A stretch of DNA of 64,000 bases from Planctomycetota bacterium (lineage in GTDB: Bacteria; Planctomycetota; UBA1135; UBA2386). Below the pieces are notes generated by a model. It was not told where the DNA came from. It searched no databases and worked only from the letters and a program-made list of their open reading frames with translations. A program made the translations under genes and the position numbers. Shown piece after piece: positions 63,337 to 64,000 of this stretch (position 1 is its first letter; every line of letters begins with the position of its first letter). The DNA lies in NCBI GenBank assembly GCA_965228735.1, contig OZ245838.1, forward strand, positions 2,560,001 to 2,624,000, in the 5' to 3' direction.

Positions 63337-64000
63337 CAGCGTTCGAACTCCATGGCCATGCCCATGCCGCCGCTCATGCACAAGGTCGCGAGACCGCGCT
63401 TGCCGCCGCGCCGCTGCAGCTCGTGCAGCAGCGTGACGACGATGCGCGCGCCGGTCGCGCCGATCGGATGACCGAGCGCGATCGCGCCGCCGTTGACGTT
63501 GAGGCGATCGCGATCGATCGGCAGATCGTGCAGACACGCGAGCATCTGCGCGGCGAACGCCTCGTTGAGCTCCACGAGGTCGTAGTCGTCGAGCGCGCGC
63601 CCGGTCCTCTCGAGCAGGCGCCGCACGGCCGGCACCGGACCGATGCCCATGATGCGCGGCGCGACGCCCGCAGTGGCCGCAGCGCCGAGCCACGCGAGCG
63701 GCTCGAGCCCGCGGCGTTCGCATTCGGCCTCGCTCATGAGCACGACGGCCGCGCCGCCGTCCGTGATGCCCGAGCTGTTGCCCGCGTGCACCGTGCCGTT
63801 CTCCTTGCGGAATACGGGCGGCAACTTCTGCAGGTCCCGCAGCTCGACGCCGGCCCGGATGTGCTCGTCGGTATCGACGACCGTCTCGCCCTTCCTCGTC
63901 TTGATCGTGACGGGGGCGATCTCGTCCCGGAACTTGCCGGCCTGCTGCGCGGCCTCGCCGCGGCGGTGCGACTCGAGCGCGTACTCGTCCTGTTGCAGCC
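63336..64000 (-). CDS. Acetyl-CoA C-acyltransferase (thiolase), C-terminal part; 5' end lies outside the window
   Basis: [52 protein letters not shown]. Confidence 0.95.
   Translation of the reverse strand, partial: LQQDEYALESHRRGEAAQQAGKFRDEIAPVTIKTRKGETVVDTDEHIRAGVELRDLQKLPPVFRKENGTVHAGNSSGITDGGAAVVLMSEAECERRGLEPLAWLGAAATAGVAPRIMGIGPVPAVRRLLERTGRALDDYDLVELNEAFAAQMLACLHDLPIDRDRLNVNGGAIALGHPIGATGARIVVTLLHELQRRGGKRGLATLCMSGGMGMAMEFER

Overview
A very GC-rich bacterial chromosomal window. The gene content (HEAT-vWA protein, Ser/Thr kinase-TPR, sulfatase, FGE, giant Ig/propeller lipoproteins) suggests an uncultured Planctomycetota lineage; this is inference only. In order it contains: an S9 peptidase fragment; a minus-strand run ubiE/menG - CPBP protease - ubiX - ubiA/mqnP - holA - mutL; an (AG)18 tract; two tandem ~1000-aa paralogous lipoproteins; an NHEJ locus (a LigD whose ligase domain has lost its catalytic residues, plus a stand-alone intact ligase, Ku, DUF72 and a MerR-HTH/TPR protein); and a complete 1992-nt group II intron. 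The intron sits inside one arm of a REPIN-like palindromic repeat, and its EBS1 and EBS2 are exactly complementary to that repeat. After that come a glycogen cluster (GT3 synthase-phosphorylase fusion, GH57, debranching enzyme, glgC), an uncharacterised S51 peptidase/esterase/ATP-grasp/esterase operon, a NupC transporter fused to PKD-like domains, and a long housekeeping run (thiolase, BamE-like lipoproteins, cyclophilins, crotonase, pabB/pabC, a possible heme-less globin, DUF2868/DUF3482, FGE). I saw no rRNA, tRNA or CRISPR array. All calls come from motif recognition by eye; no database searches were run.
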